From assembly GCA_016787225.1 (NCBI GenBank), contig JAEUUY010000021.1, positions 100,408 to 164,407 on the forward strand: DNA of 64,000 nt, in the 5' to 3' direction. Both the position numbers and the translations under genes were made by a program. A model generated the notes under the pieces. That model had not been told where the DNA came from, made no database searches, and saw only the letters and a program-made list of their open reading frames with translations. This document shows, piece after piece, positions 20,016 to 29,596 of this stretch; position 1 is the stretch's first letter, and the number at the start of each line of letters is the position of its first letter. Origin of the DNA: Chitinophagales bacterium. GTDB taxonomy: Bacteria; Bacteroidota; Bacteroidia; Chitinophagales; JADJOU01.

Positions 20016-21584
20016 ATGACGAAGTTGAAATTTCTCTTTTTACTTGCCTTTATAGAAGGCGCTAGTGTAATGGCTTGTGAATTATTAGGTGCTAGAATGA
20101 TTTATCCCTTTTTCGGTAGTTCTCTTTATGTATGGGCAGCCGTATTAGGGGTTACGCTATTCGGTTTGATGAGTGGTTATTATATCGGAGGTTATGTATC
20201 AGAAAAATATAAAACACCCGATTTGGTTTATTGGATTCTCATCTTAGCTGGAGTATTTCTTGCTATTATGCCTTATTCAAGTCAATGGATTATGACGAAA
20301 AATATTGACATGGATATCCGTTGGGGCTCTACTTTGTCTCTTTTGATTTTTATGTATCCACCGCTGTTATTCATGGGTATGACCTCACCTATTATCATAA
20401 ACATGATTAATTCTAAGGTCGATGAAACTGGAAAAAGTGCTGGTTCTGTTTATGCCATTTCTACTCTGGGGGGTATTGTAGCTACCTTCCTAGTAGGTTT
20501 TTACATGATGCAGGAGTTTGGTCTCACATGGCCTTGTTTTATTTTCGGCTCCTTATTAGCTCTATTTCCATTGATAGCTTTGGTCAAGGGAAAGACTTTT
20601 AAAGCCTTGGCTTTAATATTACCCTTTTTTTTTGTGCTGAAGTCAAATTTATCTAAGGATATTCATGATAGTGTCAATGTGACTTTACTCTCTGAATCAG
20701 AGGGGATTTATGGACAAGTGAGGGTTTTTGATTTTCCATTTTATACGGAGCAAAAAGGAGATAAGATGGCGAGGGGTTTAGTTGTAAATAATACACTACA
20801 ATCTATTCTCGACCGCGATAGTTTAGATTATAATCTTTGGGATTGGTCTGTATTGATGCCTAGTGCAGTGAGTATATACCCTAAGGGAAGTTCTATGCTA
20901 TTGATGGGCTTAGGTGGAGGTATGTTGTTTCACCAATTTCAGCGATTAGGTTTTAATATAGAGGTGGTCGAACTCGATCAGAGAATAAAAGATGCCGCTA
21001 TTCAGCATTTCTCAATACCAGCATCTACACCTATCATTGTAGATGATGCTAGGCATGTCATTAATACATCCCAGAAGAAATACGATGTGATAGTTCTGGA
21101 TTTATTTTTTAATGAAACTCCACCTAGTCAAGTACCTACGATAGAGTCATTTCATAAACTCAAAACCATGCTGAATCAAAATGGGATGGTCATGATGAAT
21201 TTTTATGGATTCACCAATGGAGAGAATGGTCGTGCGGCACGCTCCGTTATCAAGACTTTTGAAGCAGCAGGTTTTCAAACGACGATATTTCCTACTCCAG
21301 AACCTGAAGAAGGTAGAAATTTATTTATCTGTGCTAGCCTCCATAAACCAGATTGGTCTAAAATAAACTATTCTGAACCTACAAGATTTCAAATCACCCC
21401 AGAAAATATCCAGCAATTTATTCTCGACAAATCGCAGTTGGATATGCATGATGCAGAGATTCTCACCGATGAAAAACCCGTACTCGAAAAAATGTATGCC
21501 AATGCTGCTACGATATGGCGCCGCACACAAATCGAAATGTGGTTAAAGAATTTAATGCAGACAGATATTAATATGATGAAGTAA
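20016..21584 (+). CDS. fused polytopic-membrane / spermidine-synthase-like protein, paralog 2
   Basis: It is collinear with 18438..20009 over its full length (LLMGLGGGM...VVELDQRI...DDARHVI...YDVIVLD) and starts 6 nt after that gene. Confidence 0.7.
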   Translation: MTKLKFLFLLAFIEGASVMACELLGARMIYPFFGSSLYVWAAVLGVTLFGLMSGYYIGGYVSEKYKTPDLVYWILILAGVFLAIMPYSSQWIMTKNIDMDIRWGSTLSLLIFMYPPLLFMGMTSPIIINMINSKVDETGKSAGSVYAISTLGGIVATFLVGFYMMQEFGLTWPCFIFGSLLALFPLIALVKGKTFKALALILPFFFVLKSNLSKDIHDSVNVTLLSESEGIYGQVRVFDFPFYTEQKGDKMARGLVVNNTLQSILDRDSLDYNLWDWSVLMPSAVSIYPKGSSMLLMGLGGGMLFHQFQRLGFNIEVVELDQRIKDAAIQHFSIPASTPIIVDDARHVINTSQKKYDVIVLDLFFNETPPSQVPTIESFHKLKTMLNQNGMVMMNFYGFTNGENGRAARSVIKTFEAAGFQTTIFPTPEPEEGRNLFICASLHKPDWSKINYSEPTRFQITPENIQQFILDKSQLDMHDAEILTDEKPVLEKMYANAATIWRRTQIEMWLKNLMQTDINMMK

Positions 21585-21709
21585 TACCGTAAGCGTATCA
21601 GTAATAGTCCAATGTCGCATGGCTCATTGCACTTAACAAATACAGCTACGGCATTTACCATAGCAAGGTTTTAAAATGGGTTAGACCATTTTAAAACCGC
21701 TATTGGTAT
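21584..21709. repeat. 126-bp structured intergenic repeat, copy B
   Basis: It matches 9805..9930 at 123/126 positions. It starts on the last base of the upstream stop codon and ends 5 nt before the stop of the convergent pnuC-like gene. Confidence 0.85.
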
Positions 21710-21714
21710 AATAC

Positions 21715-22470
21715 CTATTTCGAAGCTATTCTTTCTTTCGCTTTTAATGCCTTAATATAAGTCCAGGTAATCCAACCCAGCAGGGCATTGAAAAAGTAGA
21801 ACGTATATTTTAGAAGCTGGGCGATGTTTCCCATTTGAATATTCTGTATAAATTTGATAATATTGTAAATCTGCCAAGTAAACCAGTTTTCCTTATAGCG
21901 CTTTGCGGTATTAAATTGTCCACTAAAGGTTAACCCTGCAATGATAACACTTGTTATAAATAAAGGTAGATTCAAGAGAGGCTGTGATAAAAATTGAGTA
22001 AAACCGATGTAATTAAGGACGAGTGAGATGGAAAATCCATATAAAAAATAAATAAAGAACCCTTTATCGACTCCTTTTGGAATGATTTCTTGATGCTGAC
22101 GCCATAAATGATAGGCATAAAAATTTCCGAAAAAAGAAACAGGATAGGTCAATATCGCAGCCTTATTTCCAAACATATAATCCACCATACAGGCACTGAT
22201 GGTTGTGAACAAGCTGATGAAATTACCCGTATTATTTCGGCGTGTGACCAATCTGGTAGCCATCATGGACATGGTGACCCCCAATACAGATTGAATACCT
22301 AAAGGGTAATTTTCTATAACATATCCAAAGATATTTAAAGGCTTGATAGTTTCGTGAAACTTTAGATATAGTGAACCGCCTAAAACGATAACAACACCAA
22401 TAAGATCTAGATAAATACTTTCTGTAAACGATTTGATTCGTTCGAGAATAGCGGTATTTTTATGTATCAT
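21715..22470 (-). CDS. pnuC: PnuC-family nicotinamide riboside (or related vitamin) transporter
   Basis: 251 aa and polytopic. AKRYKENWFTWQIYNII closely resembles the PnuC motif (K/R)KYxENWxxWxIxNxI. There are two W-rich half-repeats (GNFYAYHLW / NALLGWITW). Confidence 0.6.
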   Translation of the reverse strand: MIHKNTAILERIKSFTESIYLDLIGVVIVLGGSLYLKFHETIKPLNIFGYVIENYPLGIQSVLGVTMSMMATRLVTRRNNTGNFISLFTTISACMVDYMFGNKAAILTYPVSFFGNFYAYHLWRQHQEIIPKGVDKGFFIYFLYGFSISLVLNYIGFTQFLSQPLLNLPLFITSVIIAGLTFSGQFNTAKRYKENWFTWQIYNIIKFIQNIQMGNIAQLLKYTFYFFNALLGWITWTYIKALKAKERIASK

Positions 22471-22668
22471 TCATTTACAAATAGAAGGCAAAGTTAAGGA
22501 TTCTTGAGAAATCGCTCTTTTGGATTCCATAGTTGGTGTATAGAAATGCCGTAAAGTAAGAATTCTATTATCAGAAATCAAATAAACATAGACGAATAGT
22601 ATATTCTTACCCTTTTACAATTTTTGAGTAAAATACTTATAAAAACTGCCCAGAACGTTTAGATTATT

Positions 22669-22676
22669 TATATTTG
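22669..22676 (+). promoter_or_regulatory. -7 promoter box TATATTTG
   Basis: TAnnTTTG lies 31 nt upstream of the ATG at 22708. Confidence 0.4.
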
Positions 22677-22707
22677 CTAATCTCATACAATATCTCGAAT
22701 TAAGACT

Positions 22708-24636
22708 ATGTTTAGAATCATTTTATTAATTTATTTTTTTGGATTTACACGCCTAATGACTGCCCAAGAGCTCATGACTATAGGCAAAGAAAAGGTATCT
22801 GTAGAAGAGTTTCTCCGTATTTATCAAAAGAATAATCAATCGGCCTCTAGTTTTTCTGAAAAAGACATCAATGAATACCTGGACTTATTTACCCTCTTTA
22901 AAATGAAGCTTCAAGAGGCTAGGCGTTTAAGACTTGATACCTTGCCTGCTTTAAAAGAAGACTATCAAAAATACACTGAGCAGCTCGTACAAAATCATTT
23001 TGTAGATAAGAACTATATGGAAAACATATGGAAAGCCCAGTATGAGCATATGAAATACGACGTCAAAGTAGCTCATATCATGGTCAAATGTGCTCCTAAT
23101 GCTTTACCTGCCGATACTTTGATTGCCTATAATAAATTGAACTACCTCAGACAACAGGCGAATAAAGATAATTTTTCTAAGCTAGCCACTGAAAATAGTG
23201 AAGATCCTTCAAGTGCTCCTAAAGGAGGACTTCTGGGTTATATTACTGCCTTTATGACCTTTCCAGAATTTGAAGTGCCGTGTTTTGCTACCCCAGTGGG
23301 AGGAATCAGCCCCATCTTTAGAACCCAATATGGATATCACATTCTTCATGTATTGGATAAAAGGACTGCAAGAGGAAGAATAAAGGTGGCACATATTTTT
23401 CTTAAGAAATCTGATAAAAATGAAGAGGCTGAAAAGAAGATACAAGAGGCCTATAAGCTAGTGAGTACAAAAAAAATAAGTTTTGAAGATGCTGTATCTA
23501 AGTATTCAGAAGATGCATCCACCAAAGAGACCAAAGGAGAACTGCAAGAATTCGGAGTTAGTGAGATGGTCATCGATTTTGAAGAGCAGTGTTTCGCTCT
23601 TAAAAATCCGGGAGATATTTCAAAACCTTTTATGACCGATTATGGGTGGCATATGGTGAAACTCATCGAGAAAAAACCATTGAAAGACTATGAAGGCTCC
23701 AAAGAAACTATTATTCAAAGAATGGCGAGAGACCCCCGTGTCAATTATTTGAAAGACGTGGCTTATCGTAGAATGATAGAGAAGTATAAGTTATCAGAAA
23801 CGCCGCAAACCTTAGCAAATTTTTCAAATCCTTTGATAGATACTTTTTTCATGGTTAAAAATTGGGTGTTGAAGCCTTCCAAAACTATGGAGACTACTCC
23901 ATTATTTACTTTTGGAGGTAAAATATTTACATTAAAGGAGTTTACAGATTTTGCTAATCAAAATTATAAGACTGCAAGTTCCAGAACCAAGAAGGAGGCA
24001 CTAGACGTCATGTATAACGCATATAAAGAGAAAATGATCTGGGAAACTACTAAAACTAAATTGTCAGAAGAGGATAAACAGTTTGGTCATCTGGAAGCTG
24101 AATACATGAATGGCTTGCTCATATTTGAAATCATGGATAAAGAGGTATGGAAAAAAGCGGTTGCTGACACTATTGGGTCTAAGAAATTATATGAAGAGGT
24201 GAAAAATAACTATTGGTTTAAAGATAGGGTCTTTATTGAAGGAATCAAAATGACGAAACCGGACTTATTACAAAATTATACCAATAGACTCTCCACGACT
24301 TCTGCTAAAATACTTTTTGAATCTATTAAAAAATCAAAAGATTCTAATGATATTGTCTACTATGAAAAGACCATTGAAAAGGGAGAATATACCGAGGTAG
24401 ATAATGCCATAGATTCAAAAACGATGGTTTTTCAGTATATCGAAGACGATAAATCTACTGTACTTGCAAAGATTGTAAAGAATATACCTCCTTCAGTTAA
24501 GCCATATGCAGACATTAAGGGTAGAATTCAAAATCTGTATCAAAATAAATTAGAAAAAGAATGGGGTAGTAATTTACGTGCAAAATATCCTGTTAAGTTA
24601 AATCAATCTGAGCTCAATAAGCTTATAAAAAAATAA
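22708..24636 (+). CDS. parvulin-type peptidyl-prolyl isomerase (PpiD/SurA-like periplasmic chaperone)
   Basis: It has a signal peptide and PpiC-type rotamase motifs (SEDPSSAPKGGLLGY...TQYGYHILHVLDKR; TDYGWHMVKLIEK). Confidence 0.8.
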   Translation: MFRIILLIYFFGFTRLMTAQELMTIGKEKVSVEEFLRIYQKNNQSASSFSEKDINEYLDLFTLFKMKLQEARRLRLDTLPALKEDYQKYTEQLVQNHFVDKNYMENIWKAQYEHMKYDVKVAHIMVKCAPNALPADTLIAYNKLNYLRQQANKDNFSKLATENSEDPSSAPKGGLLGYITAFMTFPEFEVPCFATPVGGISPIFRTQYGYHILHVLDKRTARGRIKVAHIFLKKSDKNEEAEKKIQEAYKLVSTKKISFEDAVSKYSEDASTKETKGELQEFGVSEMVIDFEEQCFALKNPGDISKPFMTDYGWHMVKLIEKKPLKDYEGSKETIIQRMARDPRVNYLKDVAYRRMIEKYKLSETPQTLANFSNPLIDTFFMVKNWVLKPSKTMETTPLFTFGGKIFTLKEFTDFANQNYKTASSRTKKEALDVMYNAYKEKMIWETTKTKLSEEDKQFGHLEAEYMNGLLIFEIMDKEVWKKAVADTIGSKKLYEEVKNNYWFKDRVFIEGIKMTKPDLLQNYTNRLSTTSAKILFESIKKSKDSNDIVYYEKTIEKGEYTEVDNAIDSKTMVFQYIEDDKSTVLAKIVKNIPPSVKPYADIKGRIQNLYQNKLEKEWGSNLRAKYPVKLNQSELNKLIKK

Positions 24637-24653
24637 ATTAAGTATTCGAAGCT

Positions 24654-25988
24654 ATGCATAAAATTTTCTTTTTGTTTCTTTTAATATCTGGTTCTGCTTT
24701 TTCACAATCAAAGTCGATTGATAAAATAGTAGCTTTGGTCAATGACCAAATGGTATTAGAGTCCGATATTAATTTTTACAAATTAAAGGTATCGGATAGC
24801 AGTAATCAAGTGAATTGTAATATTTTGTATAAAATAATCCTCGATAAGTTGCTATACAGCAAGGCTTTGAAGGATAGTATTATTATCAATGATGAAGAGA
24901 TTGATGGTGAGCTAGAAAACAGACTTCAGTATTTCATCAATATGTTTGGCAATCAGGAGAAGTTTGAAAAATATTATAATAAAACGCTTTCTGAATTAAA
25001 AGTGGACTTCAGAGAAGATCTCAAACAGCAGATGTTAGCAGATAGGGCCAAGGGAAAATTGCTTTCAGGTATGAACCCTACACCTAGAGACGTTAAAGAT
25101 TATTTTGAATCGCTTCATAAAGATAGTATTCCTTATTACAATTCTGAAGTACAGTTGGCTCAGATTGTTTTCCTACCTAAAATTACACGCGATGCCAAGC
25201 GTGCGATGAAGAAAAAGGCCGAGAAAATTAGAACGGAATTAATAAATAAAGAATCAGGTTTTGCTACTCAGGCGATTTTATATTCAGATGATCCAGGTTC
25301 TGCTTCTAATGGTGGTGAGCTAGGCTGGGTAGAACCAGGTATGATGGTCCCTGAGTTTGAACAAGCGTCTTTCTCCTTACCTGTAGGTGAAGTATCGGAA
25401 TTAGTAGAAACGCAATATGGTATTCATATCATTGAAGTTTTAGAAAAGAAAAATGATAAGGTGAGAGTAAGACATATATTAATAGCAGCTAAACCTGACG
25501 CCGATGGTATAACCAAGGCAGGTAAGCTCGCAGATTCTATTCGAAATCAAATTCTAGCTAAAAAAATTAGTTTTCAAAAAGCGGTTGAGTTATACTCAGA
25601 CGATAAATTTTTCAAGTCTAATGGTGGAGTGCTGGTCAATATGAAATCTAAAACGAGGTCACCCATATTTGAAATAGGTGCTGTAGATGCAGATATAGTC
25701 AATCAAATTAGCAATATGAATCCGGGAGATATAACTACTGCTCAGCCTTATAAAACCCTTGATAATAAAGTAGGCTATCGTATCGTAACACTATTGTCCG
25801 AAACTCCTCCTCGCAAAGCTAGCTTGGAGACCGATTATAATAAAATAAAAGAAGTAGTGCATGATAGAATGCGAGACAAAGCTATGGATAATTGGGTCAA
25901 ATTCTATACGGGTTATGTTTTTGTCAAGCTAAGTCCAGAATACACAAATTGTGATAATTTGAATATCTTTAAAAACGAATTGAAATAA
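24654..25988 (+). CDS. SurA-like peptidyl-prolyl isomerase / chaperone
   Basis: It has a signal peptide, a SurA N-terminal-like region and a parvulin domain (SDDPGSASNGGELGWVEPGMMVPEFE...TQYGIHIIEVLEK). Confidence 0.8.
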   Translation: MHKIFFLFLLISGSAFSQSKSIDKIVALVNDQMVLESDINFYKLKVSDSSNQVNCNILYKIILDKLLYSKALKDSIIINDEEIDGELENRLQYFINMFGNQEKFEKYYNKTLSELKVDFREDLKQQMLADRAKGKLLSGMNPTPRDVKDYFESLHKDSIPYYNSEVQLAQIVFLPKITRDAKRAMKKKAEKIRTELINKESGFATQAILYSDDPGSASNGGELGWVEPGMMVPEFEQASFSLPVGEVSELVETQYGIHIIEVLEKKNDKVRVRHILIAAKPDADGITKAGKLADSIRNQILAKKISFQKAVELYSDDKFFKSNGGVLVNMKSKTRSPIFEIGAVDADIVNQISNMNPGDITTAQPYKTLDNKVGYRIVTLLSETPPRKASLETDYNKIKEVVHDRMRDKAMDNWVKFYTGYVFVKLSPEYTNCDNLNIFKNELK

Positions 25989-25995
25989 CGAACAT

Positions 25996-26949
25996 ATGAG
26001 CGATGTAAAAGCAGTAGACTTGTTTGCCCTGCAGTTTTCAAAATTAAAAAATGAAATAGGCAAAGTAATAATAGGTCAAAATGAAGTGGTAGATCAGGCT
26101 CTCATCTCACTCTTCTGTGGGGGTAATTGTTTACTGATAGGCGTACCTGGCTTGGCGAAAACTAAGTTGATTCAAAGCATATCGCAAGCATTGGATTTAT
26201 CATTTAAGCGTATTCAGTTTACTCCAGATTTGATGCCGTCGGATATAGTCGGTACTGAAATATTGGATTCCAATAAGCAGTTTATTTTTAATGAAGGACC
26301 AATATTTGCTAATTTAATTTTAGCAGATGAAATCAATCGTACGCCTCCCAAGACTCAATCTGCACTATTAGAAGCTATGCAAGAAAAAATAGTAACGGTT
26401 TCGGGAAAACCCTACAGACTTCCCAATCCGTTCTTTGTCATGGCTACTCAAAATCCTATAGAACAAGAAGGTACTTATCCACTCCCAGAGGCGCAGTTAG
26501 ATCGATTTATGTATAGCATAATGCTAGATTATCCAAATTTTGAAGAAGAAATTGAAATTGTAAAATCTACCACTGTAGATACTCAAGCTACTATTGAACC
26601 AATTTTAACTGCGAATGAAATCTTGGAAATTCATCATTTGGTCAGAAAAATTCCTGTAACGGATAATGTATATCAATATGCGGTAGGGCTTGTAGCTCGA
26701 ACTAGACCCAATAGTCCTCAAGCATCCGAACTCGCTAAAAAGTACATCGCCTGGGGTGCTGGTCCTAGAGCTTCTCAATATTTGATTTTAGCAGCGAAAT
26801 GCATAGCTATCAGTAAAGGGAAGTATTCGCCTGATATCGAAGATGTTCAGCAGGCAGCCTTTCCTGTATTAAATCATAGAATTTTTAAAAATTATCAGGC
26901 AGAGGCGGATGAGTTTAACACAGAAATGATTATTCAAAATATATTATAA
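25996..26949 (+). CDS. MoxR-family AAA+ ATPase
   Basis: GVPGLAKT (Walker A), ILADEINRTPPKTQSALLEAMQE and VMATQNPIEQEGTYPLPEAQLDRF are present. Confidence 0.9.
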   Translation: MSDVKAVDLFALQFSKLKNEIGKVIIGQNEVVDQALISLFCGGNCLLIGVPGLAKTKLIQSISQALDLSFKRIQFTPDLMPSDIVGTEILDSNKQFIFNEGPIFANLILADEINRTPPKTQSALLEAMQEKIVTVSGKPYRLPNPFFVMATQNPIEQEGTYPLPEAQLDRFMYSIMLDYPNFEEEIEIVKSTTVDTQATIEPILTANEILEIHHLVRKIPVTDNVYQYAVGLVARTRPNSPQASELAKKYIAWGAGPRASQYLILAAKCIAISKGKYSPDIEDVQQAAFPVLNHRIFKNYQAEADEFNTEMIIQNIL

Positions 26950-26951
26950 AT

Positions 26952-27608
26952 ATGCTCATTAAATTTCTAGCTAATTTTTCCATCCTTCTCGCAGTATCAA
27001 ACATCCAAGCTCAGGTAGAGGTTGTTGATGATAAACCTGCAGTAGCCGTATCAGAAAAAGAGAATTTATTGGACTTGTTTTCTACATGGCTCAAAGGAGA
27101 ATATAATTCATCTGCTCAAAACGCACAGGATACCAATTATTTCAATATATCGCTCATAATGTTTCCTATATGGGAAAAAGAGAGTGATGCTAAATATTTT
27201 TATGTGGAGCAAGCCATGGTGGGAAAAGAAGATAAGCCTTATCGACAAAGGGTATACAAGGTTTATCAAACTGGTCCTAATACGATAGTGAGTGCTATTT
27301 ATACCATAAAGAAGCAAGAAGACTTCGTCAAACTTCAAGAAAACACTAAAAAACAGAAGGCTTTGACCAAAGAGGATATTGAATACAAAGAGGGATGCGA
27401 TGTTTTTCTGGAGTTTGATGGTAATGTATTCAAAGGTGGTACTGATGGAAAAAAATGCGCTAGCAATTTACGAGGTGCAAAGTATACTACCACTGAAGTA
27501 CAGGTTTTTGATGGTAAACTGATTAGCTGGGATAGGGGTTTTACTGATATAGGATTGCAAGCCTGGGGTGCTACCGCTGGAGGATACGTATTTGATAAGG
27601 TAAAATAA
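26952..27608 (+). CDS. CpcT/CpeT-like (DUF1001) beta-barrel protein with signal peptide
   Basis: LFSTWLKGEYNSSAQ near the N-terminus and the ~200-aa size recall the CpcT/CpeT lyase-like family. This rests on memory of the motif only. Confidence 0.4.
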   Translation: MLIKFLANFSILLAVSNIQAQVEVVDDKPAVAVSEKENLLDLFSTWLKGEYNSSAQNAQDTNYFNISLIMFPIWEKESDAKYFYVEQAMVGKEDKPYRQRVYKVYQTGPNTIVSAIYTIKKQEDFVKLQENTKKQKALTKEDIEYKEGCDVFLEFDGNVFKGGTDGKKCASNLRGAKYTTTEVQVFDGKLISWDRGFTDIGLQAWGATAGGYVFDKVK

Positions 27609-27610
27609 TT

Positions 27611-27937
27611 ATGATATATATTTCCGAATTAGCAAGCCAAAGAGTTCAAGAAATTCTTCTATCGGAAGGAAAAGGTGCGGACTATTTTGTGCGCGTTTCT
27701 GTCAAAGGTGGAGGTTGTAGTGGTTTGAGCTACGATATTCAGTTTGACAACCAATCTCAGCCCGATGATCAATTTTTTGAAGATAAAGGAATCAAACTCT
27801 GCACAGATCTTATGAGTTTTCTCTACGTCTGCAATTCTACACTCGAATTCTCTGAAGGACTCAATGGCAAAGGTTTTCATTTCTCAAATCCTAATGCCGC
27901 TAGAACTTGTGCATGCGGAGAGAGTTTTGCTGTATAA
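27611..27937 (+). CDS. iron-sulfur cluster insertion/assembly protein (HesB/IscA/ErpA family)
   Basis: 108 aa with GGGCSGLSY and a C-terminal CACGESFAV. Confidence 0.85.
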   Translation: MIYISELASQRVQEILLSEGKGADYFVRVSVKGGGCSGLSYDIQFDNQSQPDDQFFEDKGIKLCTDLMSFLYVCNSTLEFSEGLNGKGFHFSNPNAARTCACGESFAV

Positions 27938-27940
27938 TTT

Positions 27941-29521
27941 TTACAGCTTAAACTCACTCGTCGTATGAAAAGTAATATCTGGATAGTCCTTGATAGCGAC
28001 GTCTAGTAACCAGCTACTTTCTGCCATGAATACTTTGTTTTCGTCTTTGTCATAAAAGACATTATTCGATTTGAATTTTATAAATTCTTCAATCTTTTTT
28101 TCATCACCTGTCATCCAGCAGGCTTTGAAATAATTGACGGGCGACATACGGCATTTAGCGCCGTACTCATGCTCGAGACGGTATTGTATGACTTCAAACT
28201 GGAGTTCGCCTACTGTACCTACTACCTGTCGGCTGCCATGATAGGAGCGGAAGAGCTGTGCTACGCCTTCATCGGTTAGTTGTTCCAGTCCTTTTTGAAG
28301 CTGCTTGGTCTTCATAGGATCTAGGTTGATGATTTCTTTGAATATCTCGGGAGAAAAATTAGGGATGCCTTTGAAGTAGAATTTTTCTCCTTCGGTCATA
28401 GTATCGCCTATTTTGAAATTTCCAGAATCATAGAGCCCCACTACATCACCGGGATAGGCTTCTTCAATAATGCTTTTCTGCGATGCCATAAACGTGGTAG
28501 GATTATTGAATCGCAATTCTTTATTCTGACGAACGTGATAGTAAAATTTATTTCGCTTAAACTCTCCACTGCATATACGCATAAAGGCGATTCTATCTCG
28601 GTGCTTAGGGTCAAGGTTGGCATGAATTTTAAATATAAATCCAGAAAACTTAGATTCTGTAGGAGCTACCTCTCGCTCGCTCGTAAGACGTGGACGAGGA
28701 TTGGGTGCTAACTGTACAAAGGTGTCGAGCAGTTCCTGCACACCGAAATTATTAACCGCTGAACCAAAATATACGGGTGCTATCTGGCCATGTAGATAGG
28801 CTTTTCGATCCAAATCAGGATAGACACCATGAATCAGTTCGAGGTCTTCCCGAAGTTGGTTGGCTTCTTGAGCGCCTACATGCTTATCGAGTTCCGCTGA
28901 TTGGAGATCCTCGATAGCGATATAGTCATCGGTCAATTTTTGCTGGCTAGGTGAGAAGAGGTTTATTTTTTTCTCAGGAATGTTATACACCCCTTTAAAG
29001 AAGGTTCCTTTTCCGATAGGCCAGCTCAAGGGTTGCACATTGATATTGAGTTTTTTTTCAAGTTCATCCAATAAGTCAAAAGGATCTTTTCCATCTCTAT
29101 CCATTTTATTGACAAAAACAATTACAGGTGTATCACGCATTCGGCAGACTTCCATCAATTTCTCTGTTTGTTCTTCGACTCCTTTGACGCAGTCCACGAC
29201 CAGAATGACGCTATCTACGGCAGTCAGGGTTCGGTAGGTATCTTCGGCAAAATCCTTGTGACCAGGCGTATCGAGAATATTAATCAATAAGTTTTTGTAT
29301 TCAAATGACATGACCGAAGTAGCGACTGATATCCCTCTTTGCTTTTCTATTTCCATAAAGTCCGAAGTAGTGGACTTCTTAATTTTATTGGATTTGACAG
29401 CACCTGCGGTCTGGATAGCCCCTCCAAAGAGGAGTAGCTTCTCGGTCAAGGTGGTCTTACCTGCATCGGGGTGTGCTATGACAGCAAATGTTTTTCTTTT
29501 TTCTATTTCTTGTTCGAACAT
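27941..29521 (-). CDS. prfC: peptide chain release factor 3
   Basis: [37 protein letters not shown] and NKMDR are present, and the length is 526 aa. Confidence 0.95.
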   Translation of the reverse strand: MFEQEIEKRKTFAVIAHPDAGKTTLTEKLLLFGGAIQTAGAVKSNKIKKSTTSDFMEIEKQRGISVATSVMSFEYKNLLINILDTPGHKDFAEDTYRTLTAVDSVILVVDCVKGVEEQTEKLMEVCRMRDTPVIVFVNKMDRDGKDPFDLLDELEKKLNINVQPLSWPIGKGTFFKGVYNIPEKKINLFSPSQQKLTDDYIAIEDLQSAELDKHVGAQEANQLREDLELIHGVYPDLDRKAYLHGQIAPVYFGSAVNNFGVQELLDTFVQLAPNPRPRLTSEREVAPTESKFSGFIFKIHANLDPKHRDRIAFMRICSGEFKRNKFYYHVRQNKELRFNNPTTFMASQKSIIEEAYPGDVVGLYDSGNFKIGDTMTEGEKFYFKGIPNFSPEIFKEIINLDPMKTKQLQKGLEQLTDEGVAQLFRSYHGSRQVVGTVGELQFEVIQYRLEHEYGAKCRMSPVNYFKACWMTGDEKKIEEFIKFKSNNVFYDKDENKVFMAESSWLLDVAIKDYPDITFHTTSEFKL

Positions 29522-29596
29522 ATTTTAGTAGTCAGTCGTTAGTAGTCAGTCGCAGTGTATTTAAGGTATTAGTTATTCATTATTAACTATTAATTA

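Noticed and set aside
22471-22707. Possible riboswitch (TPP or NAD-type) in the 237-bp region upstream of the PnuC-family transporter.
   Set aside because: I found no CTGAGA/ACCTGA-type TPP core or other conserved riboswitch core on the minus strand. GGATTC...GGATTCC is a direct repeat, not an inverted one.
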